Assembly: GCA_043804895.1 (NCBI GenBank)
Contig: JAZDIN010000025.1
Coordinates: forward strand, 36,764 to 100,763
Origin: Candidatus Altiarchaeota archaeon
GTDB lineage: Archaea > Altiarchaeota > Altiarchaeia > IMC4 > SCGC-AAA252-I15
Direction of reading: 5' to 3'
DNA: 64,000 nucleotides
Positions 54,016 through 63,465 of this stretch are shown piece after piece. The position numbers and the translations under genes are program-made. Each line of letters opens with the position of its first letter. Position 1 is the first letter of the stretch. Under the pieces are notes generated by a model. The model saw nothing but the letters and a program-made list of their open reading frames with translations, searched no databases and was not told where the DNA came from.

Positions 54016-55500
54016 ATGGGCGGATTCGTAAAGACTAACGGCGGGATCTGGGTGCCACCTAACACTCTAGGACTTGATTCTGCAATCGGAACTGAGGAGG
54101 TGAAGGAGGCTGGAGAAGGCAAGGGAATAAAGAATTTAAGACAACTCCAGATGACAGTGTTTAGGGAATTAAAGCGTCTGAAGGATGATAAGCCGGATGC
54201 GGTGGCAGCGGCTTTGCGCGGCATACTGTTTAAGGATTCATTTACGCTTAGATGGGAATTGGTAGGCAAGGCTCCACTGGCAGTGGCAAGGAGCCTGGAA
54301 CTGCCAGAAGGCACACAATTAGATGTTTACCAAGAACAGCAGAGGCATAACCTCCAAGACATGCTGGTTTGTAAGGTCCCAGACGCTGTGGCCCCCACAC
54401 TGGAACGTGATGACTCAGACGCTGCATGGGAACTCAGGGATAAGATGATGAAGGGGCGAATATATTCGAATGTGCTTAGGAGCCTAATCGGAGTCGGTTC
54501 AAAGCGTGCGGAGAAACTCTTGGATGCGTTGAAAGATAAGGAACCAGAGGCTGTGATTGCGACCCGTAAGGGCGTGTTCACAGACCATGCGAAGAAACTC
54601 AGAATCGAGATGAAGGAAAGCTTCCCCGGGCCGGTGGCATTAAGCCTTGAAGGAGACGATTCAGAATTTTCGCGGAGCCTCTTGGATGAGTTGAAGGGTA
54701 AAGTGCCGTGGCAGACTGTTTACAGCCGCAGGCGAGTGTCCAGCGAACATGCGGACAATCTTAGGAAGGCGGGTATATTCGACAACTCCCATGCCGTGGC
54801 GGAGAGCTTGGATGGAGTACACACAGACCAAGCCTATGATCTCATGGAGATGCTGTTAATCAAGGAACCCATGCTCATTGCCATCCGGTTGCGCAGGGAT
54901 AACTCAGAGCGGGCGCAGGAAATCAGAAATAAGATAGAGAAGCGCGCTTATTCGGATCTTATTCTGGCTGTGAGCCTTGGGGGGGTAACCACGGAAGAGG
55001 CGCAGGACATGAGGGAGAGGATTTTAAGACGTGAATCAAAAGCCAACTCCCAGGCGTATCTGGATTTAGCCGAAAAAGAGAATAAACGGATTGAGCCTCT
55101 GCTCAACATTGAAGAAGGCAAAGGCGACATAGACAATGAAAAAGGCGATAAGCGGCTTTTCGTTCATGGTGGTTCAACACTTAATAAGAGTTTGTTGAAA
55201 GAATTATACTCCGACAATTCATTATTTCGCAACGGTGTTGGGTTAGATTTGGACAGGTTGGATAGGGGGTGGAACGACTTGAATAAGAAGGAAATCCTGC
55301 TACAGTCTGTTGTCGTCCGTGGTTTGGAGGGAGTATTCACAGAAAGGGCGCAGAAAATCAGAAGAATGCTCCTGGCTATTATGCCTGGAGAGGTGGCTGA
55401 GAGTCTAAGCGGCTCACCACCTCAATATAAGCTGGAACTTGCGGAACTGCTGTTGTACTTCAAAGATGACCCATACGTTCTCGCCTCCCTGTTGAAGTAA
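54016..55500 (+). CDS. cytoplasmic protein built from about 9 degenerate ~27/54-aa alpha-helical repeats (unknown function)
   Basis: Recurring pattern L-K-x-K-x-P-x-A-V...R(R)DxS...A.E(L)R.K(M/I), for example LKDDKPDAVAAALRG, CKVPDAVAPTLERDDSDAAWELRDKMM, LKDKEPEAVIATRKGVFTDHAKKLRIEM, LIKEPMLIAIRLRRDNSERAQEIRNKIE. No signal peptide. Confidence 0.35.
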   Translation: MGGFVKTNGGIWVPPNTLGLDSAIGTEEVKEAGEGKGIKNLRQLQMTVFRELKRLKDDKPDAVAAALRGILFKDSFTLRWELVGKAPLAVARSLELPEGTQLDVYQEQQRHNLQDMLVCKVPDAVAPTLERDDSDAAWELRDKMMKGRIYSNVLRSLIGVGSKRAEKLLDALKDKEPEAVIATRKGVFTDHAKKLRIEMKESFPGPVALSLEGDDSEFSRSLLDELKGKVPWQTVYSRRRVSSEHADNLRKAGIFDNSHAVAESLDGVHTDQAYDLMEMLLIKEPMLIAIRLRRDNSERAQEIRNKIEKRAYSDLILAVSLGGVTTEEAQDMRERILRRESKANSQAYLDLAEKENKRIEPLLNIEEGKGDIDNEKGDKRLFVHGGSTLNKSLLKELYSDNSLFRNGVGLDLDRLDRGWNDLNKKEILLQSVVVRGLEGVFTERAQKIRRMLLAIMPGEVAESLSGSPPQYKLELAELLLYFKDDPYVLASLLK

Positions 55501-55664
55501 TAAATCTAACTTTTCCCCTGCTCTAGGCCAGCTTCTTTAATCCTGTACAGCCATCAGATAATCGATTACACAACCACTTGGAATCTGGCGGGCGGCTCAC
55601 TTGTGAGTTCCTCACCCGCCCGCCGGACGCCCAAGTATATAACCTCCACCTTCCTATCCTCTCC

Positions 55665-55871
55665 ATGGCAAATGAAAACGAGCCTAAGAGGCTGTTCAGA
55701 AGCCGCGAAAACAGGATACTCGGTGGAGTACTCGGCGGAGTAGGCGAATACCTGAACACAGACCCGGTGGCTGTCAGAGTAGCCTATGTCATAGCGGCGC
55801 TACTAACCGGCGTAGGCCCCCTACTTGTCGGCTATGTCATACTGTGGTTCATAATACCTGAGCGGAAATAA
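55665..55871 (+). CDS. PspC-domain membrane protein
   Basis: LFRSRENRILGGVLGGVGEYLNTDPVAVRVAYVIAALLTGVGPLLVGYVILWFIIPE is a classic PspC domain. A TATA box AAGTATATAA lies about 25 nt upstream of the ATG. Confidence 0.7.
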   Translation: MANENEPKRLFRSRENRILGGVLGGVGEYLNTDPVAVRVAYVIAALLTGVGPLLVGYVILWFIIPERK

Positions 55872-55873
55872 TA

Positions 55874-57142
55874 CTACCTGGATTTTCTTATCCACTCCTT
55901 GCCGGTGTTCACAAGCTCATCTAATCTCTTCCGCGTCTTCGCCTCAGCAGTTATCCTGACGTAATCCTCGGTGCCGGAAGGTCTGATGAGCACCCAACCG
56001 TAGTCGTATCCGACTCTTATGCCGTCGACGTCCGTGTAATCGAGTGTCTTGAGGTCCCTCCTCAGGTTGGCCATCACCTTCTCTTTCTCATCTATCCGGC
56101 AGGGTATCTTAACACGTTCCATAGGATACGATGGTATTTCGGTAACAGTCTCGTAGAAATCGCCGTCAGCGACCATCCGAACTGCCTTCGCCACGGTCGC
56201 AACCCCGTCAGGGAAGATGTGGATGTCAGGGAAGATGTATGTCCCGCTTGGTTCGCCTCCGAATCCTGCTTTGTTCCTCCTTATCCCCTCCGCGACTGCG
56301 ACGTCGCCGACCGCGACCCTGATGACCTTCCTACAGTACTCCTCAACCCTCATCGAGGCGTCCACTGTCGTAACGACCTTGTCATACTGCGACGCCAGGG
56401 CAGTCAGGAACGTGTCCCACTCGATTAGACTGCCGTCAGGGCCTATGGCGCATGTCCTGTCCGCGTCCCCGTCATGGGCGAATCCGATGTCGACCTTATT
56501 TTTTCCGACAATCCTGCAGGTATCCTTAAGGTTCTCCGCAGTCGGCTCAAGGGGGTGGGGGAATACGCCGTCGCAGTTGTCATTCACAACCTTCGTCTCA
56601 CAACCCATCCTATCAAGCAGCCTAGGCGTCACGACGCTTCCAGCCCCGCCTGCGCAGTCCAGAAGCACCTTCACTCCATCAGCATCCTTCACCCTCTTCC
56701 GTATCAACTCAATATGTCTTCTGACGTAATCGGCGTCTTTAACGCTGCCTCGACCATTCTTGAATTTTCCCGCAATAAAATTCTCCTCAACCTTTCCCTC
56801 GTCACCTGGCTTGAAGGCTCCCTCCTTGTTGAAGAACTTGAACCCGTTGTATTCCGGCGGATTATGGGATGCAGTCACGACTACCCCCACACCTAACTTG
56901 GCAGTCGCGACCCCGACTGTCGGAGTCGGCACAACACCCAGTCGGACAACATTCCTCCCGCTAGATAACACTCCTGATATGAACGCATCCTGAAGTCTCG
57001 GGCCGGACTTCCGCGTGTCCCTGCCGACTGCCACGTCAGATTTGATGCAGGAGCCGAGGGCCCTGCCGAGGTCAGATGCGAACCCGTCGGTGAGCTCCCC
57101 CTCCCTCCTGCGTATTCCTGATGTTCCGAACAAACCTGACAT
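55874..57142 (-). CDS. phosphohexomutase (phosphoglucosamine/phosphomannomutase, GlmM/ManB family)
   Basis: MSGLFGTSGIRR N-terminus and the VVVTASHNPPEYNGFKF active-site serine loop. The start was chosen at ATG 57142. Confidence 0.75.
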   Translation of the reverse strand: MSGLFGTSGIRRREGELTDGFASDLGRALGSCIKSDVAVGRDTRKSGPRLQDAFISGVLSSGRNVVRLGVVPTPTVGVATAKLGVGVVVTASHNPPEYNGFKFFNKEGAFKPGDEGKVEENFIAGKFKNGRGSVKDADYVRRHIELIRKRVKDADGVKVLLDCAGGAGSVVTPRLLDRMGCETKVVNDNCDGVFPHPLEPTAENLKDTCRIVGKNKVDIGFAHDGDADRTCAIGPDGSLIEWDTFLTALASQYDKVVTTVDASMRVEEYCRKVIRVAVGDVAVAEGIRRNKAGFGGEPSGTYIFPDIHIFPDGVATVAKAVRMVADGDFYETVTEIPSYPMERVKIPCRIDEKEKVMANLRRDLKTLDYTDVDGIRVGYDYGWVLIRPSGTEDYVRITAEAKTRKRLDELVNTGKEWIRKSR

Positions 57143-57184
57143 CTTTTGGGTTATAAGATAGTCTGTCCCGTTATTTAATATAAG

Positions 57185-58165
57185 ATGGTAAAGGAGCATG
57201 AAAAGCCTGATGAAACACTCACAAGAATGTTAGGCTTAACTCCAAAGAATAAGGGCGAGTTATCCTATGCGCGCGAATGGGAACCAGGCCTTAAGGCGGG
57301 CATAGATGACCTAATAGCTGACATTAAAAGGCGCAGTGAACTCCCTCTCCATGAGGAAGCGCGTATCCGGAAAACAGCCGAGCTCGTAATGGATGCGCAT
57401 AAGTTCCAGACGAGGAAGGATGATATTACTCCATATTTCATGCACCAGCTCGATGTCACCAAAAAGTTAGTCAACCTTTTCGGCGTAACAGACCCGCTTG
57501 TGATACAAGTGTCCCTGCTCCATGACACCCGTGAGGACCAGGTGGAGATATATGACAAGCTCATGGACGAGTTATACCCTGACTTGTCAGGAGAGGATAA
57601 GGCCAAACATCTCAGCCTCATACACCTTGGCGTAAGACTGCTTTCAAAGCTGAAGGAGCCCAAGTACACGGAACAGTACGCTCACCTACCCGAGCCTGAG
57701 CGTAAGGCGAAACTACTTGACGAATATTTCGAGCGCATGGTCAACCCACACGCATTCTACGACAAGGAGAAGACATCCGATGACCTTGCATATTCACCGT
57801 ACGACGACGTTTTCATACGCAAAATGCAACTTGTGAAGTTGTCTGATATCCTCTCCAACACAGGTGATTTGATTCATCTCTTCAGGCCTGGTTTGGAATT
57901 AAGCGAGTCCGCGACTAATCACCCCGGACGCTTCTTCCCAGAGGTCGTCGGCGTAGCCATCCCCAACTTTGTCGAAGCTTCCAAGCAACTAACAGACCTT
58001 GACAAAAAAAAGTTCTATGACGAGCTAGTGTATAATATGGGAAAGTATTCTAACCTCGATTTGGATGATTATCCGAATGCCACCCCTCTGAAGGAGGCGG
58101 TGCAGAAGGAGCTCAGGGACTGGAAACTGAATGAGTTGAAGGTGAAATACTCCACTGCGATATAA
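57185..58165 (+). CDS. HD-domain phosphohydrolase (RelA/SpoT-hydrolase-like HD motif)
   Basis: FMHQLDVTKKLVNLFG...IQVSLLHDTREDQ resembles the H...HD motif of HD / ppGpp-hydrolase domains; 326 aa. Confidence 0.4.
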   Translation: MVKEHEKPDETLTRMLGLTPKNKGELSYAREWEPGLKAGIDDLIADIKRRSELPLHEEARIRKTAELVMDAHKFQTRKDDITPYFMHQLDVTKKLVNLFGVTDPLVIQVSLLHDTREDQVEIYDKLMDELYPDLSGEDKAKHLSLIHLGVRLLSKLKEPKYTEQYAHLPEPERKAKLLDEYFERMVNPHAFYDKEKTSDDLAYSPYDDVFIRKMQLVKLSDILSNTGDLIHLFRPGLELSESATNHPGRFFPEVVGVAIPNFVEASKQLTDLDKKKFYDELVYNMGKYSNLDLDDYPNATPLKEAVQKELRDWKLNELKVKYSTAI

Positions 58166-58170
58166 CCAGT

Positions 58171-59109
58171 CTACTTCAACAGGGCGAGCCTCGCCAGTAG
58201 TGCCTCAAGTTGTATTCGTTCGTTCGCGCCTTCCACCAGGGTGAAGTTCGCCTCCCCGACGAGGTCTATTATCCTCACCTTCACCTTGTCGTCTGCGTCG
58301 AGGTTCATGGCCTCCCGGTTCATCTGCAGGAGTATGTCTTCGCCGCTGAGGCCTACGTTCAGCATCAGTTTGTCGAGGAGGTTTCTGGCGTCCAGGAACT
58401 TCCCATCCAAAGCTAGCTTGAGTATCGTCTTTATGTCCTCAGGCCTCGCCCTTGTGGTTATCGCATACACGTTCTCCTCGTTGACAGCGCCTAAGGCGGC
58501 GGCGCTCTGGAGTATGTTTATGGCCTTTCTCATGTCTCCTTCGCTGACGTAGACTATCGCCTCAAGGCCGTTCTGGTCGTGTTTTATGTTCTCGTGTTTC
58601 AATATCTTCTCCAGGTACTTCTTCACCGACTCCTTCGTGAGTCTGGTGAACCTGAACACCGCGCACCTGCTTTGTATCGGCTCGATTATCTTCGATGAAT
58701 AGTTGCATGACAGTATGAACCTGCACGTTGCGGTGTACTGTTCCATCGTCCTCCTCAGGGCGTTTTGGGCGTCGCTTGTCAGCGAGTCTGACTCGTCCAG
58801 GAATATTATCTTATACTCCCCCATCAGCGGCTTCGTCCTTGCGAAATCCTTTATCTTGTTCCTGACGACGTCAATGCCACGCTCATCAGAGGCGTTCAAC
58901 TCCAGGAAATCATGGCTTATGTCGCCGAATAGTTCCCTTGCAATGCACATCGCAGCCGTCGTCTTCCCGACGCCTGCAGGCCCTGCGAACATCAGATGAG
59001 GCATGCTCTTAGCCTTCACATAAGCCTCCAGACGGCCTACTATCCCCTCCTGGCCGGCTATCTCCGAAAGTCTCTTAGGCCGGTACTTCTCAGTCCAAGG
59101 CAGGTCCAT
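58171..59109 (-). CDS. rfcS: replication factor C small subunit
   Basis: MDLPWTEKYRPKRLSEIAGQE...MPHLMFAGPAGVGKTTAA...IIFLDESDSLT (DExx), SRC motif IQSRCAVFRF. Confidence 0.85.
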   Translation of the reverse strand: MDLPWTEKYRPKRLSEIAGQEGIVGRLEAYVKAKSMPHLMFAGPAGVGKTTAAMCIARELFGDISHDFLELNASDERGIDVVRNKIKDFARTKPLMGEYKIIFLDESDSLTSDAQNALRRTMEQYTATCRFILSCNYSSKIIEPIQSRCAVFRFTRLTKESVKKYLEKILKHENIKHDQNGLEAIVYVSEGDMRKAINILQSAAALGAVNEENVYAITTRARPEDIKTILKLALDGKFLDARNLLDKLMLNVGLSGEDILLQMNREAMNLDADDKVKVRIIDLVGEANFTLVEGANERIQLEALLARLALLK

Positions 59110-59182
59110 ATCCCTAATTAATGGTCATGGTAGTTAAAGAACATTCTATCCTGTTTTTTAATTTAGGTGAATAATACTTTCC

Positions 59183-59773
59183 ATGCCAATGAAACCCAGA
59201 AGGAGGGGGCTCGTTGGCCTGGATACTCTCATACTTTTTATCGCAATCCTACTGGCGGTGTCAGTCGCAGCTTATGCCCTCATATCAACCACCAACACGC
59301 TTTCAGTGCGCAACCAGAGGGAGGTGGCAGAGAAGTCCAAGAATATACAAAAGCCAATAATAATAGAGTCTGTCAGGGGTTTGGACAATAATGATGACAA
59401 ACGTATGGATGAGTTGGTGTTTTCAATGAGGCTTCAGGAGAGCAGCGAACCAATCAACCTTAACAGCACGATCGTGATCATAAACTCTAGGACCTTAAAC
59501 TGCACCAGCCTCGAATATGAAGACGGCTTATCGGACGGCTGTCACTTCACGATATTTTACGGGAAGCGCGGACGCGACTATAGTTACCCCTATCTGAACA
59601 TTGGCGACCTCGTCGAGATACACTATAATGGTTCAGGCATTCAACCAGGCGTCGACGACTCGCATGCAAGCATGATACTCCTCCCCCCACACGGGTACGG
59701 GACTAATGTGAAAGTCGATATCCCCTCCAGATTCTACAAAAGGAACACGGTCATATGGCCGCTAAAAGACTGA
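59183..59773 (+). CDS. archaeal type IV pilin/archaellin-like protein (class III signal peptide)
   Basis: MPMKPRRRGLVGLDTLILFIAILLAVSVAAYAL is an archaellin/pilin-type N-terminus. Several N-x-S/T sequons are present (NST, NCT, NGS). A terminator-like hairpin ATACCGCACCC-TTAA-GGGTGCGGTAT lies downstream. Confidence 0.55.
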   Translation: MPMKPRRRGLVGLDTLILFIAILLAVSVAAYALISTTNTLSVRNQREVAEKSKNIQKPIIIESVRGLDNNDDKRMDELVFSMRLQESSEPINLNSTIVIINSRTLNCTSLEYEDGLSDGCHFTIFYGKRGRDYSYPYLNIGDLVEIHYNGSGIQPGVDDSHASMILLPPHGYGTNVKVDIPSRFYKRNTVIWPLKD

Positions 59774-59854
59774 TTTGAGTTTTTTACCTGGTTTCTCAGA
59801 ATATATCCTCCTAAAATCAAATACCGCACCCTTAAGGGTGCGGTATGACTTACA

Positions 59855-59916
59855 ATGTGGCCGAGACAAATGTCTCGGACACACACCGGAGGCTAAGAGC
59901 CTCCGATGTGATACGC
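59855..59916. ncRNA. candidate small structured RNA / regulatory element, copy 2 (upstream of ileS)
   Basis: ATGTGG, hairpin 1 CCGAGAC-aaat-GTCTCGG, ACACACACC, hairpin 2 CGGAGGCT-aag-AGCCTCCG, ATGTGA. It follows the same layout as the 3466-3529 copy, with compensatory changes in hairpin 2. Confidence 0.3.
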
Positions 59917-59995
59917 TCAAAATGCCAAATACTCAAACAAGTAAAGGAGGTGCATATGCAAGAGTGGAATTCGTCGTAATTCCTCTGCGACATAA

Positions 59996-62900
59996 ATGTT
60001 GCAGTATCCTTGCGAGTTTGTAATGGTTGTCGAATCTGTGAGTGACTTTGATCCGAAGGCTCTTGAGGAGCGCATACTCGAGTATTGGCGCAAGAACAAG
60101 GTGATGGAGGAGACCCTGAAGCCCCGGAAGGGCGAACTATTCTCCTTCCTTGAGGGCCCTCCGACAGCCAACGCTTCACCAGCGCTACACCACGTGGAGG
60201 TGCGCACATTCAAGGACCTCATCAACCGATTCAACTTCATGCTCGGATGCTCTGTGCCAAGGAAAGCGGGGTGGGACTGCCATGGCCTCCCGGTGGAAGT
60301 GCAGGTTGAAAAGGAACTTAAGCTCAACAGCAAGAAGGAGATAGTGAAGTACGGGGTTGACAGATTCGTTGACATGTGCCGGCAGAGCGTCTTCAGCCAC
60401 ATCAAGGAGTGGGATGCGCTCACTGAGAGGATGGCGTACTGGGTCGACTTGGAGAACCCGTATGTCACAATGGACAACGAATACATAGAGAGCGTCTGGT
60501 GGAGCATAAAGAAGCTATGGGACAATAAAATGCTGTACGAGGGCGACCGGGTGGTGCCATTGTGCCCGCGATGCGGCACGCCGTTATCGTCTCACGAGGT
60601 CGCCTTAGGATATCAGACGGTTAAAGAGGAGACAGTCATCGTTTCATTCCGGGCTAAAGGAAGGGATTTCGGCATTCTAGCATGGACTACCACTCCGTGG
60701 ACACTACTTAGCAACGTAGCACTAGCAGTCCACCCTGATGTGACATACGTTGTGATAAAATACAACGGCGAAAAGTACGTTCTCGGCAAAGACCTCGCTG
60801 AAAAAAGGTTCCCCGAGGCGGAGATTGTCGGGAAGATGAAAGGCAAAGACCTCGTTGGAGTGGAATATCACCCTCTCTTCAACCACTTCATAGGAAAACT
60901 GGATAAGCCAGCCTGGAGGGTGATATCAGGCGACTTCGTTACAACCGAAGAGGGTACTGGGATAGTCCATATTGCTCCAGCCTTCGGTGAGGACGACTAC
61001 AACGTTGGTGTCAAAAATGGCATGCCTGTGATAAACCCGGTTGACGTTGAGGGCAAGTTCACATCAGACGTGCCTGAGCTCGCCGGGACCTTCGTCAAGG
61101 ACGCTGACCCCAAGATAATAGGATGGCTTGACGAGATGGGCCTCCTGATAGCGCACTACCCATACGAGCACGAGTACCCCTTCTGTTGGAGGTGTAAGAC
61201 GCCGCTACTCTACTATTCGATGAAGTCTTGGTTCATCAAAGTCAGCCAGTGTGTGCCGAAGCTTGTTGAACAGAACAATAAGGTAAAATGGTATCCTGAA
61301 ACGATAGGTTCAGGTCGTTTCGGCAACTGGGTTGAGAACGCCAGGGACTGGAGCCTAAGCCGCAACCGATTCTGGGGGACTCCTCTGCCCATATGGCAAT
61401 GCCATTGCGGGCAGGCTAAGGTCATCGGCTCAAGGCAGGAGCTTGAGGAGAACGCAACAACCAAGATGAAGCCTGAAATGGACCTACACAGACCCCACGT
61501 GGACGAAGTCAAACTACGGTGCAAATGCGGCGGGGAAATGAAAAGAGTAGAATACGTCATAGACTGCTGGTACGACTCCGGCGCTGCAACATTCGCTCAG
61601 TTCCACTACCCCTTCGAAAACAAAGAACTGTTCGAAAAAAGCTTCCCCTACGACTTCATATGCGAGGCCACAGATCAAACGAGAGGTGGGTTCTACACGC
61701 TTCTTGTCATCTCTGCACTGATTTTCGATAAACCTGCGTATAAGAGCTGCGTCGTAGGCGGCCTCCTACTTGACGACAAGGGGGAGAAGATGAGCAAGAG
61801 CAACAAGAATATTATAGACCCCTGGCAGCTGTTCAACACGTTCGGCGCCGATGCAGTGAGGCTTCAGATGTGCTCAACCGCCCCATGGAACTCCAAGAGG
61901 TTCGGGCAAGACAGCATGAACGAGTCAGTGATACCTATGCTCCGTACACTCTGGAACTGCTACTCGTTCACAGCCCGCTATATGCTCCTTGACGGCTTCG
62001 ACCCCAAAGAGAACAAACTGGATGAAAGGTACCTTTCTCTCGAGGACAAGTGGGTGCTAGCAGCAGCAGACTCCATGGTAAGCTCAGTAACAGAATCCCT
62101 CACACTACACGAATACCACCACGCCCTAGCGAGGATTTACAATTTCATAGTCGAGGACCTCTCTCGCTGGTACATCAAGATAATACGGGACAGGCTCTGG
62201 CTAGAGGATAAGGAAGGCAGAATCAACCCATCCAAAAAGGCAGCCTACATGACCTTGACCGCAGTGTTCGAGAAGGTCTGTCTCACAATGGCTCCGCTTG
62301 CGCCTTTCACAAGCGAGGAGATATTCCTGAATCTCGTCAGAAAAGAAGGCAATAGCATACACCACATGAGCTGGCCTAAGCCGAAGAAGCCTGATGAGAG
62401 AATCCTCAGGGAGATGAAGATAGTCCGCGCGATATTCGAGGCAGGCAGCAAATGCCGCCAGGATGCGAAGATAAAGCTGCGCTACCCGATAAGGAAGGTC
62501 ACGGTCTCAGGCGACGCCCACATAAAAGGGGCAGTGGAAGAACTTAGTGGGATAATAACAAAGCAGCTCAACTGCAAGGAAGTGGAGTTCGTCTCAACCC
62601 TCCCTGAAATCAGCTACGCCGCTGTGCCTGACTTCAAAATCATAGGCCCGAAGCTAGGGAAAGACGCAGGCCGTGTAGCGCAGCTGATAAAGTCGAATCC
62701 GATGGAAGCCAAGAAGATAAAGGAGTCTAAGAAGTCTGGGAAAATAGGCGACACCGAAGTTGAGCCTGAGATGGTTTCTGAGATAAAACTCATAATATCA
62801 GAGAAGTACGCTGCAGCCAACTTCACCCACGGCCAATCAGCTGGAATAGTCCTCATAGAAACAGCCAGGGACAAAAGCCTCCAGAACGAAGCCCTAGCAA

Positions 62901-63133
62901 GGGACCTGATAAGGAACATCCAGGAGTTGAGGAAGAAGAACAACCTAAACGAGCTGCAGAGAATCAAAGTCAAGGTCTCAAAGACCCGGGAAGTGGAAGA
63001 AATGCTCACAGAATTCAAGGACATCATCCTCAGGGAAGTGAGAGGAGACTCCATAGAACTGTCAAAAGACATAAAATCACCCGAATGCCTGAAATACGAG
63101 GGCGAGACGGTCTGCTACGAGATAGCCTACTAA
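59996..63133 (+). CDS. ileS: isoleucyl-tRNA synthetase
   Basis: Class I aaRS with a HIGH-like motif (PPTANASPALHHV), KMSKS, CP1 editing domain, zinc-binding Cys pairs and archaeal-type C-terminus; 1045 aa. The true start may be the ATG at 60023 (MVVESVSDFDPKALEERILEYW). Confidence 0.85.
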   Translation: MLQYPCEFVMVVESVSDFDPKALEERILEYWRKNKVMEETLKPRKGELFSFLEGPPTANASPALHHVEVRTFKDLINRFNFMLGCSVPRKAGWDCHGLPVEVQVEKELKLNSKKEIVKYGVDRFVDMCRQSVFSHIKEWDALTERMAYWVDLENPYVTMDNEYIESVWWSIKKLWDNKMLYEGDRVVPLCPRCGTPLSSHEVALGYQTVKEETVIVSFRAKGRDFGILAWTTTPWTLLSNVALAVHPDVTYVVIKYNGEKYVLGKDLAEKRFPEAEIVGKMKGKDLVGVEYHPLFNHFIGKLDKPAWRVISGDFVTTEEGTGIVHIAPAFGEDDYNVGVKNGMPVINPVDVEGKFTSDVPELAGTFVKDADPKIIGWLDEMGLLIAHYPYEHEYPFCWRCKTPLLYYSMKSWFIKVSQCVPKLVEQNNKVKWYPETIGSGRFGNWVENARDWSLSRNRFWGTPLPIWQCHCGQAKVIGSRQELEENATTKMKPEMDLHRPHVDEVKLRCKCGGEMKRVEYVIDCWYDSGAATFAQFHYPFENKELFEKSFPYDFICEATDQTRGGFYTLLVISALIFDKPAYKSCVVGGLLLDDKGEKMSKSNKNIIDPWQLFNTFGADAVRLQMCSTAPWNSKRFGQDSMNESVIPMLRTLWNCYSFTARYMLLDGFDPKENKLDERYLSLEDKWVLAAADSMVSSVTESLTLHEYHHALARIYNFIVEDLSRWYIKIIRDRLWLEDKEGRINPSKKAAYMTLTAVFEKVCLTMAPLAPFTSEEIFLNLVRKEGNSIHHMSWPKPKKPDERILREMKIVRAIFEAGSKCRQDAKIKLRYPIRKVTVSGDAHIKGAVEELSGIITKQLNCKEVEFVSTLPEISYAAVPDFKIIGPKLGKDAGRVAQLIKSNPMEAKKIKESKKSGKIGDTEVEPEMVSEIKLIISEKYAAANFTHGQSAGIVLIETARDKSLQNEALARDLIRNIQELRKKNNLNELQRIKVKVSKTREVEEMLTEFKDIILREVRGDSIELSKDIKSPECLKYEGETVCYEIAY

Positions 63134-63180
63134 GAGACCTTTTTTATACCCTAAATACCTACTATATATTCCGCTTTAAG

Positions 63181-63465
63181 ATGAAAGGTTCCCACGGTAT
63201 CAGACGGAGGACTAGGCAGTTGAGTGTCAAGCCCAGGATGAAGGGGAAGGTCAGCATACGCTCTAGACTCCAGAAGTTCCAGGACGCAGATACCGTTTCC
63301 ATACGGATAAACCCGGCATACCAGGCCATACCGCATCCCCGATTCAACGGCCGCACTGGGAAGGTCGTTGGCACACAGGGGAGGGCGTATTTGATTGCAA
63401 TCGTTGACGGAACTAAGCCGAAGCGCATTCTGGTGACTCCGGAGCATCTGAGGAGGATGGGGTAA
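63181..63465 (+). CDS. rpl21e: ribosomal protein L21e
   Basis: MKGSHGIRRRTRQL...HPRFNGRTGKVVG... is the L21e signature. The start was chosen at ATG 63181 after the TATA-like CTATATATTCC; the track ORF has a spurious N-terminal extension. Confidence 0.75.
   Translation: MKGSHGIRRRTRQLSVKPRMKGKVSIRSRLQKFQDADTVSIRINPAYQAIPHPRFNGRTGKVVGTQGRAYLIAIVDGTKPKRILVTPEHLRRMG

Noticed and set aside
55585-55626. GC-rich 42-nt hairpin CTGGCGGGCGG-CTCACTTGTGAG...CCGCCCGCCGG between the repeat protein and pspC
   Set aside because: It is most simply a transcription terminator/insulator between two same-strand genes, followed by a clear TATA box for pspC. Nothing else suggests a gene.
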